A stretch of 64,000 bases of DNA from Candidatus Helarchaeota archaeon (GCA_019058315.1 JAHPZH010000002.1:877910-941909); one strand, 5' to 3'. Shown: positions 1 to 10,618, numbered from the stretch's first letter. The notes: generated by a model from the letters alone, not told the origin. A program made the numbers and translations.

Positions 1-204
1 CCAAGAATGCAGAAGTTCTTTATAATAAAGGTAATACATTATTTGAATTGGGAAATATAGAAGATGCCATCGTTTATTATGATAAAGCACTTGAACTTAA
101 TCCCAAGAATGCAGAAGTTCTTTATAATAAAGGTAATACATTATTTGAATTGGGAAAAATAGAAGATGCCATCGTTTATTATGATAAAGCACTTGAACTT
201 GATC
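1..204 (+). repeat. Near-identical 102-bp tandem repeat (TPR units)
   Basis: The unit ccaagaatgcagaagttctttataataaagg... starts at 1 and again at 103. A second related 102-bp pair lies at about 298-500. Confidence 0.9.
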
Positions 205-902
205 TTAAGGATGTTATGGTTTATGTTAATAAAGGTGCTGCTTTGTTCGCATTAGGGAAAATAGAAGATGCTTTAACTTGTTTTGATGAAGCACTCGAGC
301 TTAACCCGGAGGATGCAAACGCTCTATTTAATAAAGGTAATGCATTATTTAAATTGGGACAAATAGAAGACGCCATTGCTTGTTATGATAAAAAACTTGA
401 GCTTAACCCTAAGGATGTAAAAGCTCTATCTTATAAAGGTAATGCATTATCTAAATTGGGACAAATAGAAGATGCCATTGCTTGTTATGATAAAGTACTT
501 GAACTTGAACCAAAAAATGTTAAAGCATTGTTACATAATGGTAATTTGTTAGGTAAATTAGGAAAATTTGAAGAATCAATAATATGTTATGACAAAGTCA
601 TTGAAATTGAACCGAATAATGTTACTGCTTGGATTAATAAATCTGATAAATTAATCATTTTGAAAAAATTCGACAATGCAATTATATGCTGTGATAAAGC
701 ATTAAATATTGATCCAAATGCTAGTTATGCTTATTATAATAAAGCATGTATTAAATCGTATCTAAATAAATTAACCGAAGCTATAGAATTATTGAAAAAT
801 GCAATTAAAATAAATCCTAAATGTCGAGCATTGGCAAAGAAAGATAAAGACTTTGATAATATTAGACATACTGAAGAATTTCAAGAATTATTGAATTCCT
901 AA
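3..902 (+). CDS. TPR-repeat protein, 5'-truncated by the window edge
   Basis: Repeated 34-aa TPR units (YDKALELNPKNAEVLYNKGN). The frame is open from position 3, so the ORF-track start at 48 is internal. It ends in a C-terminal capping motif (AKKDKDFDNIR). Confidence 0.9.
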   Translation, partial: KNAEVLYNKGNTLFELGNIEDAIVYYDKALELNPKNAEVLYNKGNTLFELGKIEDAIVYYDKALELDLKDVMVYVNKGAALFALGKIEDALTCFDEALELNPEDANALFNKGNALFKLGQIEDAIACYDKKLELNPKDVKALSYKGNALSKLGQIEDAIACYDKVLELEPKNVKALLHNGNLLGKLGKFEESIICYDKVIEIEPNNVTAWINKSDKLIILKKFDNAIICCDKALNIDPNASYAYYNKACIKSYLNKLTEAIELLKNAIKINPKCRALAKKDKDFDNIRHTEEFQELLNS

Positions 903-984
903 TATTTATTTTTCTATAATTAGACTCTCTAATAATAAGAATAAATGAGCAAATCCAAATTCGCTAATAAGAGGGAATTATATT

Positions 985-2376
985 TTGAGTAAGCCAAAAA
1001 AAACTGGAATCAATGAGGATTTCCTGATTTCAGCAGAAGAAGCCTATGATTGGCATGTGCTGAAGGATAAAGGGGGGCCCACTTTCTCGGGAAATGAATC
1101 ATGGCAATCGTATATAACATTTATCGAAGAAAAATTGCGGGGATATGGAGTAATTGATATAATTAAAAATAAATGGACCTATAATCGCTGGTATACTTCT
1201 GAATGGCTAGATAGTTCAAATTGGACTCTTATTTCAGATGGGGAGCCGGTGAAAGTGGCACATTACGGGGCGTATTCGGGGGCGACTGGGGCTGATGGCG
1301 TAACCGCCGAGCTGGTTTATTATGATCCCACAACTCGTCCGTCTGTGAAAGGTAAAATTGCAGTTTTTACTCTTGCACCGGAACCAAAACAAAAAACCCT
1401 AGAACCTCTTAAAACTGATCCAAATCCTAATACATTACCCCCAAACATTTCAGTAAGCGATGATGCTTTTATACAAAATATTCGAACTACGGGATTCACT
1501 AGAATTCTAAAAAAAGGTCAGGCAGCTGGAGGAATCGTGATTTTCGATATGTCTTATGATAGAGTCGCTGGGTTATATACATTTCCAGTTCCGGTTCTAT
1601 ATAATGTACCGACTCTATACCTAGACCGAAATGCCGGGGCGAAGGTTGTAAGGGATGCAAAAAAAGGGAGAATGGCAACTCTAAAACTACTGGCAAAAAT
1701 TGAGGCGACGGAAACATACCAATTGATTGGATGTCTGCCGGGGAAACATTACGGAACGGGGAGGGATGAGAAAATTCTACTTATAACACATACCGATGGA
1801 CCTTGTATTTCACAAGATAATGGAGCACTCGGGGTTCTGGGAATTATTGCATATTTTTCACAGATTCCACAAGCTGAGAGACCAAGGACATTATTGGCGT
1901 TTCTAGATAATCGCCACTATATGCCAGGGGGTGAACGAGCTTTTAAAAAAGAAAATTGGTTTGCAAGGAATAAGGAGGCGAAGGGGGGGATCGTTGCTGT
2001 TATTGGAATCGAACATTTGGGACAAATCGAATATAGAGAGGTGGGAGAGATATATGAACCTACGGGAAAGGTGGAACAATCATTTTTGTGGGCTCGAAAT
2101 AACCAATCATTGGTAGATATGGCAAATAAAGCTGTTGCTGATAATCAACTGCCGAGACCTATCGTTCAAAGAGAAGGAGATCCTGGTGTAATATGGTTTG
2201 GGATGGGGCAAATCGCGGTCCAGTGGGACCTGCCCGGATTCGCTATAATGTCAAAAATGGGTGCGTATTGGACGACTGCAGCAGGAATCGATAAATTTGA
2301 CAAAAATCTATTTCGAACTCAAGTGGCAACAATGATTCAGCTAACAGAGGAATTAATGAAAATAAAAATAAAATAG
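985..2376 (+). CDS. PA-domain / M28-like metallopeptidase
   Basis: HTDG, DNG and EHLG motifs plus a PA-like insert (AELVYY...KGKIAVF...AAGGIV). Visibly more GC-rich than its neighbours. Confidence 0.6.
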   Translation: MSKPKKTGINEDFLISAEEAYDWHVLKDKGGPTFSGNESWQSYITFIEEKLRGYGVIDIIKNKWTYNRWYTSEWLDSSNWTLISDGEPVKVAHYGAYSGATGADGVTAELVYYDPTTRPSVKGKIAVFTLAPEPKQKTLEPLKTDPNPNTLPPNISVSDDAFIQNIRTTGFTRILKKGQAAGGIVIFDMSYDRVAGLYTFPVPVLYNVPTLYLDRNAGAKVVRDAKKGRMATLKLLAKIEATETYQLIGCLPGKHYGTGRDEKILLITHTDGPCISQDNGALGVLGIIAYFSQIPQAERPRTLLAFLDNRHYMPGGERAFKKENWFARNKEAKGGIVAVIGIEHLGQIEYREVGEIYEPTGKVEQSFLWARNNQSLVDMANKAVADNQLPRPIVQREGDPGVIWFGMGQIAVQWDLPGFAIMSKMGAYWTTAAGIDKFDKNLFRTQVATMIQLTEELMKIKIK

Positions 2377-2438
2377 TGACTCTATTCTAAATAGCATCTT
2401 TATAAAAATAGTTTAATCATAATATTTGTTTAAATAAC

Positions 2439-4928
2439 TTATAATGGAGAGAGTTGATAGATTGAACCAATCTCATTTTCTCTAAAAAGCTCTAAAATTT
2501 CTCTTTTATTAGAAAAATAAATAATTTGCCACTTATTTCTAGCAAATTCCTTAAGAATATTAAATTGATTTCTTAATCTATCTGTATCTGATGTTATAAA
2601 TGCATCATCAAATATGAAAAAACCAGTATTTTCTTTTAATAATTTTTGTGCAAGTGCAAATCTTATTGAGAAATATAATTGATCCCATGTTCCTAAACTT
2701 AATAAATTTGAATATTGTTGTATTCCTTCGGTATTTTTTATTGAAATATAATTTTCTTTATTTTTATCAAAATCTTGATTGAATTGAACATCAATATATT
2801 TTCCATTAGTTATTTTTTTAAAGAGATTTGAAATTTCTCCACTTCTAAATAATTCGATTATTCGTTCTTCTTCCTCTTTTTCAATTTCTTCTAATATTTC
2901 TAATGCCATTCTTGCTAATTCTTTATCATTATCTATTAAGGATATTAATTCACTTACATTTTGTAATAAAACTTCAAGTTGATTTGCTGAATTGATTTCT
3001 AAATCTTCTTCTACGATATCAAAATCTTTTAAGTTCAAACTTATTGCTTTGTTAGATAATAATCTAAGATTATTTCTATGTTGTTCTAGTTTATTACTCC
3101 ATTCTTCAATAACTTTAGGTAAATCATCTGTAATTTTCTTTTGTATTTCTTTTTGTTCATTATGAACTCCAGTTAATAGGTCATATGTTTCCACATCTGC
3201 ATCTTTAAATTTTTCATATTTTCTTTGTATCCCCTCTTGCCATTCTTTTATTGTGTTAGTATCATCACCAAAAAATTGTTGCAAAAGACTCTTAGTTCGT
3301 TCTAAACTGTTTGCAAAATCTAAACGGTCTTTGAATTTTTTAATAAATTCATCATCATTTTTTATTCCCAGTTTAATAAAAAAGCTAGTTTTTTCACTTT
3401 GAATAGAATTTAAATCAATAGTATATTCGTTAATATTTTTTTGATTTTTTTCAATTCGACCAATAAGAAGATCAATATTACTCTCGTTTGCTACGATTTT
3501 CTCTTTGAGATCATCAATTTCATTAAAAAAATTATTCAAATTTTCTTCTATTTTCTCTAACCAATATTTAATTGTGGATATTGATGATTCATTTATTAAA
3601 TTTTCATAGTACTTATTGTTTTCAATATCTATTGAGGAATCAATTTTAATTTCATCTGAATGGCTTAAAATGGTAATTAATGATTTCTGTGAATTCAATA
3701 AACTATAATATTTAGATATATAGAAAATTGCCATTATAGCAAAAATTACTGCTGTAATCATAAATGCAAATCCAGGAATATTAGAATCTAATATTAAAGA
3801 AATAATTGATCCTGGTAAAGTCGCTAAGGTAAGAATAGCTAAAATAGTTGACCACCGGATATATTTATTTAAGTTTTGAACTTGTTTAATATCTACAGAT
3901 CTGGATTTCCAATCTTCTAAATTCTTTTTTAGAATTTCTTTTTCAGTTTTAATTTGTATTAAATTGTTAAATTTTAATTCTAATTTGGCTTTATTCTGCT
4001 CAGTTTGTGATAAATCACCTTTATTTGTTAGTTTTTCCTTCTCAACTTCCTCTATCCTATTTTTTAATGCCTCAATATTTTCATTATACGACTTTAGTTG
4101 ATTTTCTGCACCTTCGTTAAATTCTCTTAATTGTTCAAATTTTTTATAAACGTTAGTATATTCATCTAGAAAATTCTTAACTTTTATAAATTTACTTTTA
4201 CCATCTACAATTTCTAAATATTTTAATCTTTTCTTATAATCAGCGATTGATTTTTTTGCTGCCAATATTTTAATTTCATATTCTTCATATTTTTCTTCTT
4301 TGGATTTCTTAATATATTCCATAATTTCCTTAGATAAGCCCTCTGCTGATTTTCTAAGATTTTTAATCTTTTTACTTTTAACATTTATTAAGGTTGGTCT
4401 AGTTGATGTAGATTCATCCGTCAATCTGCCTTTTTCACGAATATTGTTTTTTATATTTTCCAAATCTTCATAATCCCAACCCATCATAATATTTGATATT
4501 GTTGAAAAATAACCCTTTTCTTCAATTAATCCTAAGTCGCTATTTCTAATAACAAAAGTATTTCTAAAAATTTTATCAAAGGGTTGATTTTTTAATTCTA
4601 TTTCCATGATTTTATCTAATTTTTTCTTGTTTTCTGGAAAATTATAAAGTTCCAAATCATCTTCAAATTTCTTTTTTAAGACTATCTTACTATTTGGATC
4701 TTCTTCGACCCTATCATCTTGACTAAAATCTTTAGAAAGCTTCAATAGCGACTTTAAAATGGCTTCTAATAACAAGGTTTTTCCTGATTCGTTTGGACCG
4801 TACATTAAGACAAGGTTCGGCTCTAAACCATCAAAATTAATATCAGTGAGTGGACCATAACTCCAAACATTAATATCTGATATCCAAATATTTTTTTTCA
4901 AACTTGGAGTAGATGTATTAGTTTGCAT
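2439..4928 (-). CDS. SbcC/Rad50-like (YhaN-type) SMC ATPase with a hydrophobic hairpin in the coiled coil
   Basis: Walker A GPNESGKT, signature LSLGT, Walker B FIFDDAF, long coiled coil, two hydrophobic stretches in the middle. Confidence 0.85.
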   Translation of the reverse strand: MQTNTSTPSLKKNIWISDINVWSYGPLTDINFDGLEPNLVLMYGPNESGKTLLLEAILKSLLKLSKDFSQDDRVEEDPNSKIVLKKKFEDDLELYNFPENKKKLDKIMEIELKNQPFDKIFRNTFVIRNSDLGLIEEKGYFSTISNIMMGWDYEDLENIKNNIREKGRLTDESTSTRPTLINVKSKKIKNLRKSAEGLSKEIMEYIKKSKEEKYEEYEIKILAAKKSIADYKKRLKYLEIVDGKSKFIKVKNFLDEYTNVYKKFEQLREFNEGAENQLKSYNENIEALKNRIEEVEKEKLTNKGDLSQTEQNKAKLELKFNNLIQIKTEKEILKKNLEDWKSRSVDIKQVQNLNKYIRWSTILAILTLATLPGSIISLILDSNIPGFAFMITAVIFAIMAIFYISKYYSLLNSQKSLITILSHSDEIKIDSSIDIENNKYYENLINESSISTIKYWLEKIEENLNNFFNEIDDLKEKIVANESNIDLLIGRIEKNQKNINEYTIDLNSIQSEKTSFFIKLGIKNDDEFIKKFKDRLDFANSLERTKSLLQQFFGDDTNTIKEWQEGIQRKYEKFKDADVETYDLLTGVHNEQKEIQKKITDDLPKVIEEWSNKLEQHRNNLRLLSNKAISLNLKDFDIVEEDLEINSANQLEVLLQNVSELISLIDNDKELARMALEILEEIEKEEEERIIELFRSGEISNLFKKITNGKYIDVQFNQDFDKNKENYISIKNTEGIQQYSNLLSLGTWDQLYFSIRFALAQKLLKENTGFFIFDDAFITSDTDRLRNQFNILKEFARNKWQIIYFSNKREILELFRENEIGSIYQLSPL

Positions 4929-4929
4929 T

Positions 4930-6015
4930 TTAAAAAGCCCCCATAATGAAATTAAATAATTCTTCTTTCTTTTCTGCTGTAATATCCCGTTGATCTAAGA
5001 TTTCTTTAAATCTTATAAAAATAGAGTTATTTAAAATTTCTGAAACTTGAACAACATTATTCTTATATTTAATATTACCAGTTATTTTCTCTACTTCTTC
5101 TTTAAACTCTTTTTCCGGTATTGAGATATATCCATTTAGAGAAATCTCTAATTCAGCCTTATTTAATTCTAAATTCTGTTTGTGTTTATCGATAAATTGA
5201 TATAATTCTATTAGACCTTTTCCCATATTATAAGGATGAAAATTTATGTTGCAAGTATCAAAATATAATGTATCAAGCTCAATTGGTTTAATAAATTGAG
5301 TTTCTGTATCAATTAAACAGACTCTTCTTTTACCTTTTTCATTTCTGGTGATTTTAACAGGTGAGCCGGGATAAATAAACCAATTCTTCTTAGAATCTTG
5401 ACTTTTTTGAAAAGATTTCTGTATATAACTAGAATGAAAATGTCCAGCTAATACATAATCATAATCTAAATAAATTAATTGTTCCATAGATATTGGTAAG
5501 TAATTATATTCTCTATCTTCACCACATCCTTCCCTTCTAATCTCCGGAAAACCTAATGTACAATGAACTAAAAGAATATTAACCTTCGAAGATTTTTTGG
5601 CGTCTTCTATCTCTGAAATAATAGAATCAAAATCCCCTTTGAAATATGGTATTCCTATTATATTCAAAGAGTTAGTATTATAAGAGCATACGTTTTTCCC
5701 ACATAATAATTCAACATTCGAGCCTAAATAATCGTTAATATCATAGAGAGTTTCATCATGATTGCCAGGAATTATTAGAATTTTGAATTTAGGTTTGAAA
5801 AATGAATCACGTTCCCCATACTCTTCAATTAAATTTCTTAATTCTACTCTTAAATTATATATATTTTCCTTATTATCAAATAAGTCTCCCGATATAGTTA
5901 ATAAATCCACTTTTTCTTCATTAATACTACATTTGTCAAAAATACACTCTAGAGCTTTGAAACGTTCGTCTTTAGGATTACGTAAGTGGAGATCAGCTGT
6001 GTGTAATATCCTCAT
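4930..6015 (-). CDS. SbcD/Mre11-like (YhaO-type) metallophosphoesterase nuclease
   Basis: HTADLH, GDLFD, PGNHD, GHFH and YPGSP motifs. Directly upstream of the SMC ATPase, with a GAGGAGG RBS. Confidence 0.9.
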   Translation of the reverse strand: MRILHTADLHLRNPKDERFKALECIFDKCSINEEKVDLLTISGDLFDNKENIYNLRVELRNLIEEYGERDSFFKPKFKILIIPGNHDETLYDINDYLGSNVELLCGKNVCSYNTNSLNIIGIPYFKGDFDSIISEIEDAKKSSKVNILLVHCTLGFPEIRREGCGEDREYNYLPISMEQLIYLDYDYVLAGHFHSSYIQKSFQKSQDSKKNWFIYPGSPVKITRNEKGKRRVCLIDTETQFIKPIELDTLYFDTCNINFHPYNMGKGLIELYQFIDKHKQNLELNKAELEISLNGYISIPEKEFKEEVEKITGNIKYKNNVVQVSEILNNSIFIRFKEILDQRDITAEKKEELFNFIMGAF

Positions 6016-6283
6016 AAAACCTCCTCAAATAATTCGGTTTATTTTTTATGAAAATATAGAAATTTCATAATTTTTTATATTATACTATAATAATTAGGTA
6101 TCAAAGATACAAAAATAAAAATCTTATTAATTTTAAGTAAAAATAAAACATTCAAAATAAAGGGAAAAAAAATTTTAAGATGAATCAATAAAAAACAAAA
6201 GTTAGTTGATTTAGCAAACTTTCAATGATTAATGGTTGACATTGATAACGGAATCACTAGTCTTTTTGATAATGAAAAATAAA

Positions 6284-6952
6284 TCAAATTTCCTTCTCAA
6301 TTAAATCAATTATTGAATTGCAATATGCACATTCAACTTTATTTGGACCTTTCATTGTGACTTCTTCATATCTTAATACTACCTTACATTTCGGACAATT
6401 CTCTGGAAGTGAATATGTAACTTTTACTCTCTCTCTTATGATAACTCTTTCTTTTTCGGGTTGAATATTTGTTAATCCAGGTTTTTCAGGAACTAAATCT
6501 CTTAAATGCGAAAAGATTTCATTATTGAATAGTTTAATTCCTTTTTTTTGAAAATAATAACCTATAGACGGAAATATAAAAATTAAAATTACCAATAAAA
6601 TTACCATTATTAATAAAAATGGATTTAAAGAAACCATACTCATAAAATCTGGCAGGAGCACAATATACATTATTATAAATGCATAAATAATAATCATAAT
6701 TGCCCATCCAGCTATAAATAAACTTTGATCGTAATCAATTTTCACTATTGTTTCATTATTTTCTTCAAAGGTGATAGTTCCTTTAAGATATGCGTCCTTT
6801 GCAGAAAGACCAGAACTCCAGATACTACCTTTTTTAAATTCAATTAGTGAATTTGTCTTTCGTTCAATAGAAATATCCTTATCTTGGTTAAAAAAACGCT
6901 CAATCGATGCTATACACTTATCTTTTGGAAATTTAACCCTTTTAGTTGACAA
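6284..6952 (-). CDS. 2-TM membrane protein with C-terminal zinc ribbon (paralog A)
   Basis: Two hydrophobic helices and CPKC...CAYC. Clearly homologous to 19986..20678. Confidence 0.75.
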   Translation of the reverse strand: MSTKRVKFPKDKCIASIERFFNQDKDISIERKTNSLIEFKKGSIWSSGLSAKDAYLKGTITFEENNETIVKIDYDQSLFIAGWAIMIIIYAFIIMYIVLLPDFMSMVSLNPFLLIMVILLVILIFIFPSIGYYFQKKGIKLFNNEIFSHLRDLVPEKPGLTNIQPEKERVIIRERVKVTYSLPENCPKCKVVLRYEEVTMKGPNKVECAYCNSIIDLIEKEI

Positions 6953-7116
6953 ATTAAGTATCTTCCCTTTAAAATTTTTTAAGAATGAAATAAAATATGT
7001 ATTAAATTATATAAAAATCTAAAATAAATAATCAATTAATCGATCCAAATTTATTTGGGAGTAATTAGTCAAATAAAAAGGACCATTATAGTTAAAAGGA
7101 TCTTTAGGATGTTTCT

Positions 7117-8349
7117 ATGACCTTAATCAAAGATATTAATACTATTTTAGAATATGGAAAAAAAACCACATCCTATAAATTCATTACTTTATTAAGCATT
7201 TTTGATTATATCATTGAACATCCTTCTGATGTCCCGATCAATAATTTTCACTTTATCCCTATTGTTTATCTTGCGAAACAATTTCTTACTTATTATTATC
7301 CTTTTTTCTTCCATGACGAGTACCAAGAAAACCCAAGCGGTGGAAAATTAAAAATTATTAACTATATTAATGAATTTTACGAAAAAGTCAATGAGCTAGA
7401 TGATATTCCTCAAGATATCGTTACAAAAATTAAAACCCTTCAAGAGCGGGGGATATTCTATATTAATCTAATTTATGAGCTGCCCGATAAACTACCAGAA
7501 AATCTTATCAAGTTACTTTGGAAAATTAGAAAGCAAATTTTAGATCAACCTCTACAATATATTCATAATGTAAATGGAGAAATTATTCGGTTTTTTGGAT
7601 TGATGAGTAAAAATATTCCTTTTAATTCTAATTACGAAACACATAGAAAAGAAGGAATGAAACAAAAACGACCTGAAACTATGCCTTGGATTGAGATTAT
7701 TAGAAAAGATTCGGCATGTCTTTTAATTGATAATCTAACTTATCAGCAATTATCTCTATATAGGTTTTGGGCACGTAAAGTTATTCTGAAGGCTTGGTTT
7801 GAATATATTATGGATAAGAAATCTCGAATATTGCCAACTGATTCCTTGAAAGTGGAATTGTATCAGCTCATAGATTTTGTGAATTCCATTGATTTTCAAC
7901 GAGATTCGACTCTAATTTCCCGTTATCGAAATCTTTACTCAAACATTAATAACCTTAAATGCATTTATTCCAAAAAAAAATTTGAGCTTGGAGATAATTT
8001 TCATCTTGATCACTTTCTACCATGGTCATATTACCCAATAAACCGTTTTTGGAATTTATTCGTCGCTGATCCTTCAATTAACACTCAAAAATCTAACCTT
8101 TTGCCCGAATTGGCACCCCAAGTGGAAAAAAACATCCATAATCATCTACGATTATGTTTAAAGGCAGATTCGCCTATCATAGAAAACGACCTCCAATACT
8201 TCTATAAAGTAATTCAAAAACAAGAAAAAAACCCAATGAACGATCTCGCTAAAATTGAAGAAGAAATATTCAATTATATAAAAGAAGAATTATATAAATT
8301 AATGGAAATTATTCCAGGACAATTATTTTGTTTAAATGATAAGAGTTAA
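7117..8349 (+). CDS. HNH endonuclease domain protein
   Basis: N-terminal TTSYKF motif; C-terminal CIYS...HLDHFLPWS...WNL...N.QKSN HNH motif. Confidence 0.8.
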   Translation: MTLIKDINTILEYGKKTTSYKFITLLSIFDYIIEHPSDVPINNFHFIPIVYLAKQFLTYYYPFFFHDEYQENPSGGKLKIINYINEFYEKVNELDDIPQDIVTKIKTLQERGIFYINLIYELPDKLPENLIKLLWKIRKQILDQPLQYIHNVNGEIIRFFGLMSKNIPFNSNYETHRKEGMKQKRPETMPWIEIIRKDSACLLIDNLTYQQLSLYRFWARKVILKAWFEYIMDKKSRILPTDSLKVELYQLIDFVNSIDFQRDSTLISRYRNLYSNINNLKCIYSKKKFELGDNFHLDHFLPWSYYPINRFWNLFVADPSINTQKSNLLPELAPQVEKNIHNHLRLCLKADSPIIENDLQYFYKVIQKQEKNPMNDLAKIEEEIFNYIKEELYKLMEIIPGQLFCLNDKS

Positions 8350-9502
8350 AGTGAAGTATATGCACGAAGAAGAGGTAGTTTCAGAAATTTCGGATTATTT
8401 AATAAAAGAAAATTACGAAATTTGGATTGATTCACCTCACTATCCAAATATTAAGGATAAATATCCACAACATCACATTCAAATCGGAGGATTTATTCCC
8501 GATATTATTGGGCTGAATATTATAAATGAACTTGTGGCGGTTGAGGTAAAGGGGGAAGTAAATATTGCTGGGGGAATTGGACAGGCTGCTACTTATTTAA
8601 TGGGAGTTCATAAAAGCTACATCGGAGCTCCTAAATCTAAATTAAAACCTTTAACTAAAGTAGCTCTAAATACCGGGATCGGAGTGTTTTGTGTAGAACC
8701 TCAAAAAGTTGAAGTTATTGAACCAAACCGCGTGGATCCTAGGTATCTAACAGATGTGCAAAGAGAAATTAGAATCCTTAAAATCCGAGAATCTGAATCC
8801 ACTACGAGAATTTCATCTCTAACAAGAAATCATCCCCTAAACTATATTGCCCCACTTTTTGCATTTGATTTGGGGCGTAATATTAATGAAGTAAAAATTG
8901 AAGTTAAAAAAGTGGGAGTTAATCAAGCTGATGAATTGGTAAGAGGAGCAAAAATTCTGGGTTTGATACGCGAAGAGAATGGATTGATTTATGAAACGGA
9001 GGAAGGATTGTTTTTAAAATTTTTTTTATCAAAAATGAACTGCAATGATATTTTAGAATTAAAAGAATTGAAAAATAAGACAATTAAAAAACGAAGTATA
9101 AAAAATATATCAAGTGAGCTAGCAACAGCATTAAAACTAATATATCTGAAAGAACCCGATTTTTCTGAGTTTGTAAATTTTATTACTAAAGTATCAAAAA
9201 ATTTGCCATCATTTACGATGGTAGATTTATGTGAAGAAATATTAAATGAACAACCCAACCTTTTTCTAAACTTTCTCTGCCCAAGAGACCAAAAAATTAG
9301 AGAAGAGATTCTAAATCACTTGAAAAATAATAAAATTGAGGATATTATTAAACCTAATAATCTGAAGAAATATGTTTTACAAACAATATTCTATACTATG
9401 AAAACTCAATTGAGATATCTTGGGATTATAAATGAAAACAACACTGCCTTTTATAAACCAGCTGAAGAATATAATCCTGAAGAGGATATTTGGAAAATTT
9501 AG
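8336..9502 (+). CDS. PD-(D/E)xK nuclease with probable C-terminal winged helix
   Basis: IPDIIG...VAVEVKG...GIGQAATY. Overlaps the end of the HNH gene, suggesting coupling. Confidence 0.7.
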   Translation: MIRVKVKYMHEEEVVSEISDYLIKENYEIWIDSPHYPNIKDKYPQHHIQIGGFIPDIIGLNIINELVAVEVKGEVNIAGGIGQAATYLMGVHKSYIGAPKSKLKPLTKVALNTGIGVFCVEPQKVEVIEPNRVDPRYLTDVQREIRILKIRESESTTRISSLTRNHPLNYIAPLFAFDLGRNINEVKIEVKKVGVNQADELVRGAKILGLIREENGLIYETEEGLFLKFFLSKMNCNDILELKELKNKTIKKRSIKNISSELATALKLIYLKEPDFSEFVNFITKVSKNLPSFTMVDLCEEILNEQPNLFLNFLCPRDQKIREEILNHLKNNKIEDIIKPNNLKKYVLQTIFYTMKTQLRYLGIINENNTAFYKPAEEYNPEEDIWKI

Positions 9503-9597
9503 AATTATTCTTTAATAAAATATTGAATGGGTTCATTTAGAAACTAAAAATTAAATATTATTGTTACTTCAATTTGAATAGTATTTGAGGGATAAAT

Positions 9598-10020
9598 TTG
9601 AGAAAATTCGTTGATGATGAAAAAGCCTATTTAGATTGGATTCAGAATAATCCAAATGGTTATGTTGTAAATACGAATAGAAAACCGAATAAAAAATATC
9701 TAATGCTCCATAAGGCAGTCTGCTCGTCTATAAGCACATCATTTGGTAATTATACAACACATGAATATATTAAATTCTGTTCTTTGAATCTAGAAAAACT
9801 TGAAAATTGGGCTTATAATGAAGTAAAAGGTGAATTGACACCTTGTGGTATGTGTTTTCGGAGTAAAAAAGTGAAAATAAAGGCTAAAAAAAAGAATGTG
9901 GGGTCGAAACTAAAAGCAAAATTAACTGCCTTAAAATGCCCATCTTGTAATGCTATTTTAAAAGAACGACCGCCATGTAAATGTGAGTATTGCGGAGCTA
10001 TGATTGAACTAATGAGATAA
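9598..10020 (+). CDS. Small Cys/His protein with C-terminal zinc ribbon
   Basis: YLDW...NPNGYVVN...LHKAVC...KFCS...PCGMC, followed by CPSC...CEYC. Confidence 0.65.
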   Translation: MRKFVDDEKAYLDWIQNNPNGYVVNTNRKPNKKYLMLHKAVCSSISTSFGNYTTHEYIKFCSLNLEKLENWAYNEVKGELTPCGMCFRSKKVKIKAKKKNVGSKLKAKLTALKCPSCNAILKERPPCKCEYCGAMIELMR

Positions 10021-10072
10021 TTTGTAATAAAAATTTGTATTTGGCCTTAAAAATAGATATTAAATACTTTTA

Positions 10073-10100
10073 ATTTAACATAAGACCAATTATATTTTAT
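10073..10100 (-). other. dif-like Xer recombination site S1
   Basis: Minus strand ATAAAATATAA TTGGTC TTATGTTAAAT: an 11-6-11 site whose right arm is identical to the canonical XerD arm. Lies between convergent genes. Confidence 0.75.
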
Positions 10101-10105
10101 TCATA

Positions 10106-10618
10106 CTATGGATAATTCAAACCTATCACCCAAAGAGGATAATCTGGAGTAAGATAATTATATCTTTGTTTTAATGAGCTATAAAATTGTTTTTTTGGTT
10201 CTGGTGAAGTAGATTCTGGAGCAATTAGAATACCTAATCGCATATATCCAGTTCGGAAAACTCTAGACATATAAAATGCATTCACTGCCCTTCTAATATC
10301 CGATAATTCTACCTCAACAAATATCCAACGATCATTTTTCTCTAATCCAAAATCTGCTCTATAATGTGATTCGGGATATTTGGGTTGACTTTTCCACCCC
10401 ATTTCTATAAATTTCATTTTTAATGGTCTTTGTAATGATGTGACTTTTTTATTTGAATTGATTGGAATTGAAAGTAATAGATTTTTGAAAAATATGAAAT
10501 TCAATTTAAACTCTTTTAACATTCGTTTTATAAATGTCTTTGATTTTAAAGCTCCTTCAGGATGACCATAAAAACTCCCAAAACTCCCATCAAAATCACT
10601 AAAATCCTCTAAATTCAT
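10106..10618 (-). CDS. BglII/BstYI-like restriction endonuclease fold protein
   Basis: RADF...FVEVELS catalytic motif and the C-terminal PLWVIGL typical of this fold. Confidence 0.55.
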   Translation of the reverse strand: MNLEDFSDFDGSFGSFYGHPEGALKSKTFIKRMLKEFKLNFIFFKNLLLSIPINSNKKVTSLQRPLKMKFIEMGWKSQPKYPESHYRADFGLEKNDRWIFVEVELSDIRRAVNAFYMSRVFRTGYMRLGILIAPESTSPEPKKQFYSSLKQRYNYLTPDYPLWVIGLNYP

